A DNA stretch of 64,000 nt from Pseudomonadota bacterium. Its GTDB lineage: Bacteria > UBA10199 > 2-02-FULL-44-16 > DYJF01. The stretch covers positions 1 through 64,000 of the forward strand of contig JBDRBB010000023.1 of the NCBI GenBank assembly GCA_043823065.1, read 5' to 3'. Positions 37,243-48,080 of the stretch are shown here, piece after piece. A program made the position numbers and the translations under genes. A model generated the notes under the pieces. The model saw only the letters and a list, made by a program, of their open reading frames with translations. It was not told where the DNA came from and did no database searches. The first letter of the stretch is position 1. Every line of letters begins with the position of its first letter.

Positions 37243-37875
37243 CTAACGGGCAATTAGATGCACAGTGCCGCCACGATGATTTAAGATTTCTCGCTTCAGA
37301 TTGTCATAGTCAACAGGGTTTTCTGGATAGTTAACGCTAGAAGTATCCACTACCAAAAGCGGAGTTTCATTATAATTTAGATATAAAGAGTCATAAGCAT
37401 CAGTTAAGCTATTTAAATAATTATCGTTAATAGAGCGTTCATAATCATAGCCGCGTTTTTTAATTCTTTGCATCAATATTTTAGAATCTGCCCGAAGGTA
37501 GATGGTTATATCTGGTTTAGGCAGGTTAGATTTAAGCAGGTTAAAAATGGTGAGATAGAGTTGTTTTTCATCTGGAGATAAATTGATTTGGGCAAAAATA
37601 GCATCTTTGGCAAAGGCATAATCGCAGATTATCGGCGAAGATTGGCTCAGCTGTTTTAACTCCAATTGCTGCTGATAGCGGTTAAGTAAGAAGAAAAGCT
37701 GGGTTTTAAATGCGTTTCTTTTGCGATCTTTATAGAAGTCTGCCAGAAAAGGATTTTTTTCCGCAGGCTCTAAAAGCACATGGCCGCGAAAATCTTCAGC
37801 TAACATTCTAGCTAAAGTGGTTTTGCCCGCACCAATTGGGCCATCAATGGCTATAAAGTTTAACGATGTTTGCAT
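37243..37875 (-). CDS. Deoxynucleoside kinase
   Basis: GPIGAGKTT, NPFL..FY, QLFFLLNR and RIKKRG motifs. Confidence 0.9.
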   Translation of the reverse strand: MQTSLNFIAIDGPIGAGKTTLARMLAEDFRGHVLLEPAEKNPFLADFYKDRKRNAFKTQLFFLLNRYQQQLELKQLSQSSPIICDYAFAKDAIFAQINLSPDEKQLYLTIFNLLKSNLPKPDITIYLRADSKILMQRIKKRGYDYERSINDNYLNSLTDAYDSLYLNYNETPLLVVDTSSVNYPENPVDYDNLKREILNHRGGTVHLIAR

Positions 37876-37879
37876 ATAT

Positions 37880-38021
37880 AAATCCTTTCCTGATATTTGG
37901 AAAGCTCTCGGCCGACTTTTCTCACCTCCTTCAGGCTATTACGAAACTATTAGTTGCTTAGGTGATGCCAGTCCGGTTCAAAAAGCCGCCCTACGCCTTC
38001 CAAATATCACAATAGGGACTT
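37880..38021 (-). ncRNA. Candidate structured RNA (6S-like or cis-regulatory leader)
   Basis: 15-bp closing helix (38009-37995 with 37905-37891) plus inner helices; G-U pairs favour the minus strand. Confidence 0.35.
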
Positions 38022-38031
38022 ATGGCAAGGC

Positions 38032-38874
38032 TTAAAAGTTCAGGGAATTTGCCAGCCCAATATATTCTTCAATAGTGATTTGTTCGGGGCGGAGGGATTC
38101 TTTTATGTTATTTTGTTTTAATAATTCAGAAACTTGGCTGGAATTACACTTTAGTTTTGGTGAGCCGGTTAAAGCATTTTTAATGGTTTTACGGCGCTGG
38201 CCAAAGGCAGCTTTAACCAGATTCTCAAAACTTGCCATGCTCTTAATTTCCAGGTTTGGGGCATTTTCAAAATCAATCTTTATTACTGAAGAAGTCACCT
38301 TGGGTGGCGGGATAAAAGAGTTAGGTGATACATCAAATAATTTCTCACATTTGGCGTGTACTTGCAACATTATGGAAAGAATTCCATAATCTTTGCAATT
38401 AGGTTTGGCGACAATTCGATTTGCTACTTCTTTTTGAATAGTTAAAATTGACTGTTGAATTAGATTTTTATTTTCAATTAACTTAAAAATTATGGGCGTG
38501 GAAATATTATAGGGGATATTGCCTACAACTTTTAATGGCGTCCTGGCTTGAGCTAAATTTTGTTGAAGATCTAGTTTTAAAAAATCATCTACAATAAGCT
38601 GAATATTTTTTAAGTTGCCAAACTCTTCTTGAATAATTTGGGCTGCTGCTCGGTCTTTTTCCACAGCATAAACCAGATGAGCTTGATCTGCCAGCAGGGC
38701 AGTCATCACGCCTAAGCCTGATCCGATTTCCAGCACATCATCATCTTTAGAAATTTCAGCCAGCCGCACAATTTTTTCCAGCGTGGGAACAGCCTTTAAA
38801 AAATTCTGCCCCATATATTTCTTAGGTCTAATTTGATACTTCTTCAGTAAAGATTCAATAGATGGTATATGCAT
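38032..38874 (-). CDS. rsmA: 16S rRNA dimethyladenosine transferase
   Basis: GQNFL, EIGSGLG, GNIPYNIS, QKEVA and F.QRRKT motifs. Start taken at ATG 38874. Confidence 0.95.
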   Translation of the reverse strand: MHIPSIESLLKKYQIRPKKYMGQNFLKAVPTLEKIVRLAEISKDDDVLEIGSGLGVMTALLADQAHLVYAVEKDRAAAQIIQEEFGNLKNIQLIVDDFLKLDLQQNLAQARTPLKVVGNIPYNISTPIIFKLIENKNLIQQSILTIQKEVANRIVAKPNCKDYGILSIMLQVHAKCEKLFDVSPNSFIPPPKVTSSVIKIDFENAPNLEIKSMASFENLVKAAFGQRRKTIKNALTGSPKLKCNSSQVSELLKQNNIKESLRPEQITIEEYIGLANSLNF

Positions 38875-38886
38875 TATGGTATAGGT

Positions 38887-38975
38887 TGTCATCGCGAACG
38901 ACCGAATGGAGTGTGGCGATCCCGGAAAGAGGATTCACGTGGGATTGCTTCGTCTCTTCGCTCCTCGCAATGACA
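38887..38975. repeat. REP-like element GTCATCGCGA...GGCGATCC...GGATTGCTTCG...CTCGCAATGAC
   Basis: Inverted ends; homologous copy at 48643-48725. Confidence 0.75.
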
Positions 38976-38978
38976 CCA

Positions 38979-40016
38979 TTAAACTCCGATTTCCTGATTT
39001 GCTATCGCATTCAAACTTAAATCTGATTGTTTGCCCATTTGCAAATATCTGGCGCCTACGTAGGCGATCATGGCAGCATTATCTGTGCAATGTTTTATTT
39101 CTGGAAGTAAACAGGTTAGGTTATTTTGCTCACACGCTTGAGCCATAGTTTTTCTCAGCTCGCTGTTGGCAGCAACCCCGCCAGCCAGCACAATAGCCTT
39201 GGCCTTGGTTTGGTGGGCTGCTTCTAAGGCTCGCTTAACTAAAAAATTTACAACCGTATTTTGAAAACTAGCTGCTAAATCTGCTACAAATTTTTCAGCA
39301 ACTTCATTTTTCTGAACAGCTTGCCTAAAAGCCAAAAGCGCTGCTGTTTTTATTCCGCTAAAACTAAAATCCAGGGTGCTGGTTTCGCGCTTAGCTGCAT
39401 AGCCGCCAAATTGAGGCAGGGTGAAACGAAAAGCCTTGGGGTTTCCTTTAGGAGCAAGCTTGTCTATAATTGGTCCACCTGGATAGCCCAAACCTAATAG
39501 CTTGGCTACTTTATCATAGGCTTCGCCAGCAGCATCGTCTCTGGTAGCGCCCAAAAGTTTATATTCACCAAAATTTTCTACATCATATAAACTGGTATGT
39601 CCGCCAGAAACTACTAAACCAATATGCGGATAAGGAACATCTGGCGCTTGCAAGTTGATGGCGTTTAAATGACCTTCTAAATGATTAACGCCAATTAGGG
39701 GTTTGTTCAAGGCTAGGGCCAAACCCTTAGCTACTTGAATGCCTATGAGCAGAGAGCCCATTAACCCAGGCGCATTGGTAACAGCTAAGCCGTCAATATC
39801 TGTCAATTGCAGGTTAGCGTCTTTTAGAGTGCGACGAATGATGGGTATAATTTTTTCCAAATGCTGGCGTGAAGCAAGTTCAGGCACCACTCCACCATAA
39901 GGGGCATGCACTTTATCTTGAGATGCTACATGTTGAGATAGAATTTTATTTTGCTGCTGATCAAAAATAGCAGCAGCAGTTTCATCGCAGGATGATTCAA
40001 GACCAAGAATTAACAT
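38979..40016 (-). CDS. tsaD: tRNA N6-threonylcarbamoyltransferase
   Basis: ESSCDET, GGVVPELASR, HLEGH, VSGGHT and CTDNAAMIA motifs. Confidence 0.97.
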   Translation of the reverse strand: MLILGLESSCDETAAAIFDQQQNKILSQHVASQDKVHAPYGGVVPELASRQHLEKIIPIIRRTLKDANLQLTDIDGLAVTNAPGLMGSLLIGIQVAKGLALALNKPLIGVNHLEGHLNAINLQAPDVPYPHIGLVVSGGHTSLYDVENFGEYKLLGATRDDAAGEAYDKVAKLLGLGYPGGPIIDKLAPKGNPKAFRFTLPQFGGYAAKRETSTLDFSFSGIKTAALLAFRQAVQKNEVAEKFVADLAASFQNTVVNFLVKRALEAAHQTKAKAIVLAGGVAANSELRKTMAQACEQNNLTCLLPEIKHCTDNAAMIAYVGARYLQMGKQSDLSLNAIANQEIGV

Positions 40017-40019
40017 GAA

Positions 40020-40229
40020 TTAGTCTTTAGAAGTGTCTTCTTTGAATGGTATAACTTTGACTTTGCTATCTGCAATTTCCCGCAAGGTGCAAACAACTTC
40101 TTTATTTTTGCAATTTATCAAAGGTTTTGAATTTTTAAAAAGCTGCCTGGTTCTAAGAGCTGCAGCATGAATTAAGGCAAAGCGATTTTCTACATGTTCC
40201 AAACAATCTTCCACTGTAACTCGAGCCAT
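40020..40229 (-). CDS. rpoZ: RNA polymerase omega subunit
   Basis: MARVTVEDC...NRF.L...R.RQL...LREIA. Confidence 0.95.
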   Translation of the reverse strand: MARVTVEDCLEHVENRFALIHAAALRTRQLFKNSKPLINCKNKEVVCTLREIADSKVKVIPFKEDTSKD

Positions 40230-40350
40230 ATTACCTCCATAATTCGTCGTTCGTCTTTGCGATGCGCTGTGTGCAACCGCCGATCGACGGCTTTGCTAAA
40301 TAGGTGAAATTGCAATAAAAGTCAAGTACTTGCTGTTTGACAGACCCTAA

Positions 40351-41754
40351 ATGCTTGTGTTAGTTTTAGCTACCATGCAAAGAATCCAAAAACTGGTGGA
40401 GTTTACCCTTCCTGAATATCGTGAGCGTCATATTTTCACCTCTAAGCTGAGAATAGCAGTTTTTATCGGTTTTTGGGTATTATATTTGTATTTTTTGCGG
40501 GATGTGCTTAGCCAAACCAAAGTAATTACAGCAATTATCTGTATCTGTTCCTTTCTAACTGGCCTGGCTTATTATTATGTGGTGATGCGTAATAAATTGT
40601 TGATTGCCTCTTTTACAGTAGAATTGTTGGCGGATTTAACCATTATTACCTCAGTAATTTATCTAACTGGTGGGCCCTATAGCCCTTATTACACAATTTA
40701 TGTTATTTATTGTTTTGCTGCTGGTATTTTTTACAATCATTACTTAGCAAGCATTGTCGCTTTTTTCTCGATCATATTCTATGGTGGTTTTTTGTGGTTA
40801 TGCAATTTAGGGCTAATTCCACCGCTCATTCTTAGTTATGGCGATCGCCTGCCAATTCCTGCCTATACGCCTTTAGCTCACTTCTTTTTTGCCTTGGTTT
40901 TTTTGGGCCTGGCTATTTATGGGGTTAAAATTGCCTCTTATTTTTCTCAGAAAAAAGAACGCATGTTGGAAGTCAGAAACAAAGAACTAGAAGAGCTGCA
41001 TCATAAATTAAAGAAGATTAATGAAGAATTGCAAGAAGCCAACCATGTTAAATCAGAATTTTTAGCAGTAATGAGCCATGAATTAAGAACTCCACTTACG
41101 GCAATTATTGGTTTTTCAGAATTACTCATGGAAAATGTGGTTGGTGAGTTAAATCAAGCTCAAAGAGAAAGCTTGCAAGAGGTTCTAAATAATGGGGCTG
41201 ATTTGCTGGAATTGATTAATAGCCTGCTTGATTTATCTAAAATTGAATCTGGTAAGATGAAGCTAGATATTAATACGTTTGATTTACGGGAGATGATTGA
41301 GCGGGTGCAGGGCATGATTGCTTCTTTGGTGCAACGCAAAGAACATAGTTTGCTGGTTACATTGCCAGAAAAATTGCCAGCAATTCAGGCAGATGAAAGA
41401 AAATTGCAGCAAGTTATGCTGAATTTACTTTCTAATGCTATTAAATTCACGCCTAATGGCGGAAAAATTGATCTTCAGGTTAATTATCAAGAGCCTGGGC
41501 GTTTTAAATCAGGAACTTTTGAAATTATTGTTCAAGATACTGGAGTTGGCATTAAACCAGAACATTTGGATATTATCTTTGAAGTGTTCCAGCAAGCAGA
41601 TAATTCAATCACACGCAGTTTTGGGGGCACTGGTCTGGGACTAGCCCTTGCCAAACAATATGTTGAACAGCATAAAGGAATTGTTTGGGCTGAAAGCGAA
41701 TATGGCAAAGGCGCTAAGTTTCATGTATTATTACCCAGAGTTTATTTTAATTGA
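40351..41754 (+). CDS. Membrane-bound sensor histidine kinase
   Basis: Multiple TM helices; [18 protein letters not shown] and GGTGLGL motifs. Start may be 40375. Confidence 0.92.
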   Translation: MLVLVLATMQRIQKLVEFTLPEYRERHIFTSKLRIAVFIGFWVLYLYFLRDVLSQTKVITAIICICSFLTGLAYYYVVMRNKLLIASFTVELLADLTIITSVIYLTGGPYSPYYTIYVIYCFAAGIFYNHYLASIVAFFSIIFYGGFLWLCNLGLIPPLILSYGDRLPIPAYTPLAHFFFALVFLGLAIYGVKIASYFSQKKERMLEVRNKELEELHHKLKKINEELQEANHVKSEFLAVMSHELRTPLTAIIGFSELLMENVVGELNQAQRESLQEVLNNGADLLELINSLLDLSKIESGKMKLDINTFDLREMIERVQGMIASLVQRKEHSLLVTLPEKLPAIQADERKLQQVMLNLLSNAIKFTPNGGKIDLQVNYQEPGRFKSGTFEIIVQDTGVGIKPEHLDIIFEVFQQADNSITRSFGGTGLGLALAKQYVEQHKGIVWAESEYGKGAKFHVLLPRVYFN

Positions 41755-41802
41755 GCAGCAGGAATTCAACGTGTATAATACCCAGATTAAGGGGTATAAT
41801 GG

Positions 41803-42753
41803 ATGAATGCTATTTTAAAGCAGTATGCCTGGTTAATAGAATTACTGGCAGTGATCTTGTGTTCTTTTTTCCTGGCAAAAATTACCGGTGTCTATCTGGG
41901 TCGTTCTTTGGAATTTAAACGTTCAATAGCTGTCCTGGAAAAAGGAGAGCTGGCAGCGCAAATGGCTATTCATCCCCAATTTTCCGAATATCAGGTTATT
42001 TTAGAGCGTAATATTTTTGATTCTACAGCTTCACCAAAAGAAGAAGGCGCAGAAGGCGAGGAACTGGTTGAAGGTGAGACCATTCCCACAGGCGAAGCAG
42101 TTAAAACAGGCCTGGATATTAATGTTATTGGTGTATTGATGGTTGGTGAAGGCAAAGATAAACGATCTTCTGCAACTATAATTGGTCCAAGCAAGAAAGA
42201 ACCATATGTCTATGCTGTTGGGGATGATGAGAGCTTTGCCCCAAATACCAAGCTGGTCATGGTTTCTCCTTTGCGTATTGAATTTTTGAACGGTGGAAGG
42301 TTGGAATATTGTGAGGTTGGTTTGGAAGCAGGAGAGTCAATCTTTGGACCTCCTCAGCGCGGAGAAATTGTGGCAAGTGTTGGTAACGAAGTTCAAAGAG
42401 AAGAACCTAAAGGGACGTTAATCAAGGCAGAAGGTGGAGGAAAATTCACTATTGATCAAACAGAAATTGAAAATGCCATGACTAATCTAGATCGTTTATA
42501 TACAGATATTAGGGCAGTGCCGAATTTTGCAGGTGGCAAGGTTTCAGGTATGAAAATTCTTTCAGTTAGAGCTGGCTCAATTTTTGCAAAATTGGGTTTA
42601 CAACGAGGCGATGTTTTACAACGCATTAATGGTTTGGATTTAGATGTCAAACGCGGTTTTGAAATTTTTAATCAATTAAAAGATCAAAAAACTTTAACCT
42701 TAGACCTTATCAGACAAGGGAGTAACCAAACCTTTGAATATGAAATTAGATAA
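41803..42753 (+). CDS. gspC: T2SS protein C with PDZ domain
   Basis: TM helix, RNIF, C-terminal PDZ (GLQRGDV..RING); first gene of the cluster. Confidence 0.85.
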   Translation: MNAILKQYAWLIELLAVILCSFFLAKITGVYLGRSLEFKRSIAVLEKGELAAQMAIHPQFSEYQVILERNIFDSTASPKEEGAEGEELVEGETIPTGEAVKTGLDINVIGVLMVGEGKDKRSSATIIGPSKKEPYVYAVGDDESFAPNTKLVMVSPLRIEFLNGGRLEYCEVGLEAGESIFGPPQRGEIVASVGNEVQREEPKGTLIKAEGGGKFTIDQTEIENAMTNLDRLYTDIRAVPNFAGGKVSGMKILSVRAGSIFAKLGLQRGDVLQRINGLDLDVKRGFEIFNQLKDQKTLTLDLIRQGSNQTFEYEIR

Positions 42754-45139
42754 AATAACAATAATTTGTTTAGCCCTAACTCTAATTTTTGGTGGTAGCA
42801 TTAGTTTTGCCCAAGAACCTGCAGGCAGTGGTCCTATGGGCACCATCAGGTTGCCAGAGCCTCCTGCAGATACTGAACCCAGGGAAGGTGCTGTGCCAAT
42901 TGAAACTATATCAGCTGTGGATAATCTTCCTGAGGCTGCTAAACCTAAAGAAGAAATGATTTATTTAAATGTGCAAGATCAAGATATCAAAGATGTAATC
43001 AGGCAGATTAGCAAGGCGACCAGCAAAAATTTTATTATAGATGATAAAATTCGTGGCAAAATTACCATTCTTTCCGAAAGAATGATGACCAAAGAAGAAG
43101 CTTATCAAGCTTTTTTGTCAGCTCTGGAAGTTGCTGGCTATACTGTGGTAACAGGCCCAGCTGGCATTATTAAGGTTGTTTCCTTGAAAGATGCTATTAG
43201 CAGCCCAATTCCCATTCATGTGGATAGCACTCCCTACACTGATAGTTTTGTTACGCGTTTAATTTCTTTGCAAAATATAAGCGCTGTGGACATGTCTAAT
43301 GCTATTAAGCCGCTTATTTCTAAGGATGGAAACCTTTTTGCTTACCCAGCAACCAATACAATTATTATTACAGATTCAGGAACCAATATTGATCGTTTAA
43401 TGAAAATTATTAAGGAACTGGATCAGGAAGGTCCGCAGCAGGTAATTGAAATTGTGCCAATTAAATACGCAGAAGCAGAACAAATTGCCACTACAGTTTT
43501 AAGTCTTTTTGAAGCAGAGCAGCAACGCACAGCCACAACTACTCGCCGCACCACACGTGGCGCAGCAGCAGCTACAAGTTCAGAAGAAGGGTTGCAAGAT
43601 TTATCTAAAATCATTGCAGATACGCGCACTAATTCGGTAATTGTGGTGGCTAGCAAGAGATCAATTCAGAAGATCAGAAGCATTATTGCCAGACTGGATA
43701 CTTTTACCGGTGATGATACAGGCACTATTCATGTTCATTATTTAAAATATGCTAATGCTGAAGAAATGGCAGCAACGCTTTCTGCAGTAACTGCTAATGC
43801 CGGAGCAGGTGCTGGCGCTGTGGTTAAACCAGCAGGAAAAACTCAAACCACAACCTCGCCAACTGTGGCGCAGTTTGAAGGTGGCATGAGCATTGGCGCA
43901 GATAAAACCACCAATGCTTTAATCATCACTGCTTCAGCCAAAGATTATCAGATGCTAGTGGATGGTTTAATCAGTAAATTAGATGTGCCCAGACGCCAGG
44001 TTTATCTGGAATCTATTGTCATGGAGTTAACTATCAGGCGTGGCGGAGATTATGGTTTGTCTGGTTTTAGCGGCGGTGGCAACAATACCTTGTTAGGGTT
44101 TGGTCAGACCTTTGGCGCAGCGGGCCAATTGTTTGAACCTATGTCGCTTTTTACTTCTGGCGGTTTGTTGGGCGGAGTTATTGGCAGAGATACAGTTACC
44201 ATTAACGTGCCCACAACTTCTGGTACCACGCAAGAGGTTACCATACCTGCTTTTGCCGCTTTTTTGAATTTGGTTTCCACTTACACCAATGCCAACATTG
44301 TTTCTACGCCAAATATTTTAACTTTGGATAATGAAGAAGCTTTAATTGACATCAAACAAAAGACCTATGCGGAAAGTACCACTATAACCGGTGGAGCAAC
44401 TGGGGCGGTCACTACCACACCAGTGCCTTTGGAAGCTGGTTTGTCCTTAAAGATTACGCCGCAGATCAGTGAAGGCGATGCAGTGCGTTTGCAAATTGAA
44501 CATGAACTATCCAATTTTACAGGAACGCCAACGGTAAGTGGAGCCACACCTTCGCGTTCGCGCAAAATCAACACCACGGTTATGGCCATGGATGGTCAGA
44601 CAGTGGTCTTGGGCGGTTTAATGGAAGATGTTGAAACCAAGAGTAAACGCAAAATTCCAATTTTAGGAGATATTCCCATTCTGGGTTTATTGTTTCAACA
44701 AACAACTTTAAGCAAAGACAAAAGCAATTTGCTCGTGTTCATCACTCCTTATGTAATCAAGGATCCTACTGATTTTTCCAAAGTTCTGGAGCGCAAGATA
44801 ACCCAGCGTAACCGTTTTATTGATGAAAATTATGGTAAACGGGCCCAAAGATCCATACGCGACATGATAGCTGGACATCGGGCAGATCTTTTAGAATATA
44901 CGCCGCCGCCAATTTCAGAGCCAGAACCAACTATGGTGGAAACTACTACTGAAGAAGCAGCGGGAACAGCAGGAACAGTGGAAACTGCAGAAGGAGCAAC
45001 AGAAGGTGCTGAAGAGGCAGTGACAACTACTAAACCAGAGCCGTTAAAGGCAAAAGGCAAGGAAGTTACTATTGCTAAACCAGTTACTCCGCCGCCGCCA
45101 CCTCCGCCCAAAATTGAAGGGTTGGACTTAGCCTATTAG
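42740..45139 (+). CDS. gspD: T2SS secretin
   Basis: N0-N3 domains, LKITPQI, GQTVVLGGL and IPILGDIPILG; Pro/Glu/Thr-rich tail. Confidence 0.93.
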   Translation: MKLDKITIICLALTLIFGGSISFAQEPAGSGPMGTIRLPEPPADTEPREGAVPIETISAVDNLPEAAKPKEEMIYLNVQDQDIKDVIRQISKATSKNFIIDDKIRGKITILSERMMTKEEAYQAFLSALEVAGYTVVTGPAGIIKVVSLKDAISSPIPIHVDSTPYTDSFVTRLISLQNISAVDMSNAIKPLISKDGNLFAYPATNTIIITDSGTNIDRLMKIIKELDQEGPQQVIEIVPIKYAEAEQIATTVLSLFEAEQQRTATTTRRTTRGAAAATSSEEGLQDLSKIIADTRTNSVIVVASKRSIQKIRSIIARLDTFTGDDTGTIHVHYLKYANAEEMAATLSAVTANAGAGAGAVVKPAGKTQTTTSPTVAQFEGGMSIGADKTTNALIITASAKDYQMLVDGLISKLDVPRRQVYLESIVMELTIRRGGDYGLSGFSGGGNNTLLGFGQTFGAAGQLFEPMSLFTSGGLLGGVIGRDTVTINVPTTSGTTQEVTIPAFAAFLNLVSTYTNANIVSTPNILTLDNEEALIDIKQKTYAESTTITGGATGAVTTTPVPLEAGLSLKITPQISEGDAVRLQIEHELSNFTGTPTVSGATPSRSRKINTTVMAMDGQTVVLGGLMEDVETKSKRKIPILGDIPILGLLFQQTTLSKDKSNLLVFITPYVIKDPTDFSKVLERKITQRNRFIDENYGKRAQRSIRDMIAGHRADLLEYTPPPISEPEPTMVETTTEEAAGTAGTVETAEGATEGAEEAVTTTKPEPLKAKGKEVTIAKPVTPPPPPPPKIEGLDLAY

Positions 45140-45142
45140 TTT

Positions 45143-46840
45143 ATGGAGAATCGAAGTCTAGGAGCCATCTTATTAGAAACTACTTCGCTGACCGAAGAGC
45201 AGCTAGAGCAAGCTTTAGCTGTGCAGCGTGAGCGCAAAATTAAATTGGGCGAAGCTTTAGTGCAGCTAAAGTTTTTGCGCATGGAAGATATTTTAAAAGC
45301 CCTATCTATTCAATTAGGTTTTCCTTATGAAAATAAAATTGATGTTGATACTATTGCTCCAGAGTTAATCGATAATTTACCCATTAATTATGCGAAGCAA
45401 AATGAACTCTTGCCTTTAAGAAAAGAAGGCAAAACCTTAATTGTGGCTATTGCTGATCCTACCAATTTTTATGCCCTAGACGATCTGCGCATGCTTTTTA
45501 ATTGCGATGTCAAGCCGGTGATTGCTTCTTCCTATGAAATAGTTAATGCCATTAACGTTGTGTACAACAAAAGCAGCGGTGGTGGTGAGGAAATGGTAGA
45601 TGAACTTAACGAAGGAGCTGAAATCGCAGATAACTTTAACGAGCCAGTGGATTTGTTGGATGCCACAGATGAAGCGCCAATTATAAGATTGGTTAATTCC
45701 TTGTTGTTTAGGGCAGTAAAACAAAAAGCATCTGATATTCACATTGAACCTTTTGAGCGCGAACTCGCCATCAGATTTAGGATTAATGGCATTCTCTACG
45801 ATATCATGAAACCGCCCAAAAGAGCGCAAAACTCCATTATTTCGCGCGTAAAAATCATGAGTCAGCTCAATATTGCGGAAAAGAGACTACCCCAAGATGG
45901 CAGAATTCGTATAAAAATTGCCGGCAAAGATATTGATATTCGTGTTTCAACAATTCCTGCTACCCATGGTGAAAGCGTGGTGATGCGTTTGCTAGATGCT
46001 TCATCTGTGCTTCTAGATTTAGATTCTTTGGGTTTGATGGGCGTGCATCTGGATTTGGTAAATAATTTAATCCATCGCAAAAATGGCATAGTTTTGGTTA
46101 CAGGGCCAACTGGTTCAGGAAAAACTACAACTCTTTATTCTTGTTTGTCTCAAATTAATTCGCGCGAGCTAAAAATAATCACTGTAGAAGATCCTGTGGA
46201 ATACCAGCTGCCAGGTGTAAATCAGGTGCAAATCAATCCTAAGATTGATTTGACTTTTGCGGCAGGTTTGCGCGCATTTTTGCGTCAAGATCCAGATGTA
46301 ATTATGGTTGGTGAAATTCGTGACAAAGAAACAGCTGAAATTGCTATTCAGGCATCTTTGACTGGCCATTTGGTTTTTTCCACTTTGCATACTAATGATG
46401 CTGCTAGCTCAATTACTCGTTTAGTGGAGATGGGAATTGAACCATTTTTGGTTTCTTCTTCAGTCGCTGGTATTATTGCGCAACGTCTGGTGCGCACGGT
46501 TTGTAAGGAATGCGCGCGCAAATATACGCCAGAGGAAGAAGAGCTGGTTCAAATAGGTTTAACTAGCGCAGATCTTAAGGGAAGGCAGATTTATCGTCCT
46601 GTGGGTTGCCCTAATTGTATGGAGACAGGATATACTGGTCGAATGGGTATTTATGAAATCTTAATTGTTACTGAAGCTGTGCGTAATGAATTGATGAAAG
46701 GTTCAGATGCTTCAGCAATCAAAAAAATTGCCGTGTCTCAAGGAATGAAGTTGTTGCGTGATGATGCAGCAGCTAAAATGTTAGCAGGTATGACAACTAT
46801 TGCCGAAGTCTTGCGCGTAACCCAAGAGGAGTCAGCATAA
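45143..46840 (+). CDS. gspE: T2SS ATPase
   Basis: ASDIHIEP, GPTGSGKTTT, LRQDPD and zinc-binding Cys pairs. Confidence 0.95.
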   Translation: MENRSLGAILLETTSLTEEQLEQALAVQRERKIKLGEALVQLKFLRMEDILKALSIQLGFPYENKIDVDTIAPELIDNLPINYAKQNELLPLRKEGKTLIVAIADPTNFYALDDLRMLFNCDVKPVIASSYEIVNAINVVYNKSSGGGEEMVDELNEGAEIADNFNEPVDLLDATDEAPIIRLVNSLLFRAVKQKASDIHIEPFERELAIRFRINGILYDIMKPPKRAQNSIISRVKIMSQLNIAEKRLPQDGRIRIKIAGKDIDIRVSTIPATHGESVVMRLLDASSVLLDLDSLGLMGVHLDLVNNLIHRKNGIVLVTGPTGSGKTTTLYSCLSQINSRELKIITVEDPVEYQLPGVNQVQINPKIDLTFAAGLRAFLRQDPDVIMVGEIRDKETAEIAIQASLTGHLVFSTLHTNDAASSITRLVEMGIEPFLVSSSVAGIIAQRLVRTVCKECARKYTPEEEELVQIGLTSADLKGRQIYRPVGCPNCMETGYTGRMGIYEILIVTEAVRNELMKGSDASAIKKIAVSQGMKLLRDDAAAKMLAGMTTIAEVLRVTQEESA

Positions 46841-46841
46841 A

Positions 46842-48074
46842 GTGCCAGTTTACGAATACATAGGGATTGATCGGAAGGGTAAGAAGGCAGGGGGCATTGT
46901 TGATGCTGACAATGAACGCGCGGCCAGGGTTAAATTGCGCAAGATGGGGGTGTTTCCAACTTCAATAAATTTGGAAGGAGCTAGCAAAGGTCAAAAACTT
47001 TCTTTAAGTACCCAGGTTGATTTTGCTAAATATTTTCAACGGGTAAAAGTGCAAGATATCGCAATTATGACCAGACAGCTTTCAACCCTAGTTGCTGCTG
47101 GTATTCCTTTGGTAGATTCAATTTCAGCCTTAATTGAACAGGTGGAAAATGTGCAATTACGCACCATATTAAGCAAGGTGCGGGAAAGAATTACTGAAGG
47201 CTCCAGGCTTTCTGATGCGCTTAAAGAGCATTCCAAAATTTTTAGCACTTTATATATTAATATGATTAGCGCTGGAGAAAATAGTGGTGCTTTAGATGTT
47301 GTGCTGCAAAGACTGGCGGATTTTACTGAAGGCCAGGCTAAACTGCGCAGTAAAATAATTGGCGCCATGATTTATCCGGTGATCATGTCCATTGTGGGCG
47401 CAGCATTGATGGGTATGTTATTAGTATTTGTGGTGCCCAAGGTTATGCGTATTTTTGAAGATGTGCATGCCACCCTACCTTTGCCCACACAAATACTCAT
47501 GGCAGTTTCTAATGCAGTTAAAAATTATTGGTATATTGTTTTATTAATGATTATCGTGGCTTATTTTGTGATTAAGAAACAATTGAAAAAGCCTGCAGGC
47601 CGCAGGTGGTTTGATAAACAAAAATTACAATTACCGCTTTTTGGCAAATTAGAACGGATGATTGTTATTTCCAGATTTTCCAGAACGTTGGCTACTTTGT
47701 TGGCCAGCGGCGTACCTTTGTTAACCGCCATGGATATTGTTAAAAATATTGTGACTAACACCATCTTAAAACAGATTATAGAAAATACCAGAGACAGTGT
47801 TCGGGAAGGTCAAAGTGTTGCTGAACCTTTAAGAAAAAGTGGAGAATTTCCACCAATCGTCACCCAGATGATTGCGGTTGGTGAAAAAACCGGTTCATTG
47901 GAAAAGATGTTGGAGCGAATTGCTGATACCTATGATAATCAGGTGGATAATACCATTTCAGCTTTAATGACTCTTTTGGAACCAATTATGATCTTAGTGA
48001 TGGCAGGTGTAGTATCTTTTATTGTGATGTCGATTCTTTTGCCGATTATGCAGTTGAATCAATTAGGAGGCTGA
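46842..48074 (+). CDS. gspF: T2SS inner-membrane platform protein
   Basis: GENSGAL, AMIYP and LEPIMI motifs. Confidence 0.93.
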   Translation: MPVYEYIGIDRKGKKAGGIVDADNERAARVKLRKMGVFPTSINLEGASKGQKLSLSTQVDFAKYFQRVKVQDIAIMTRQLSTLVAAGIPLVDSISALIEQVENVQLRTILSKVRERITEGSRLSDALKEHSKIFSTLYINMISAGENSGALDVVLQRLADFTEGQAKLRSKIIGAMIYPVIMSIVGAALMGMLLVFVVPKVMRIFEDVHATLPLPTQILMAVSNAVKNYWYIVLLMIIVAYFVIKKQLKKPAGRRWFDKQKLQLPLFGKLERMIVISRFSRTLATLLASGVPLLTAMDIVKNIVTNTILKQIIENTRDSVREGQSVAEPLRKSGEFPPIVTQMIAVGEKTGSLEKMLERIADTYDNQVDNTISALMTLLEPIMILVMAGVVSFIVMSILLPIMQLNQLGG

Positions 48075-48080
48075 GGTATT

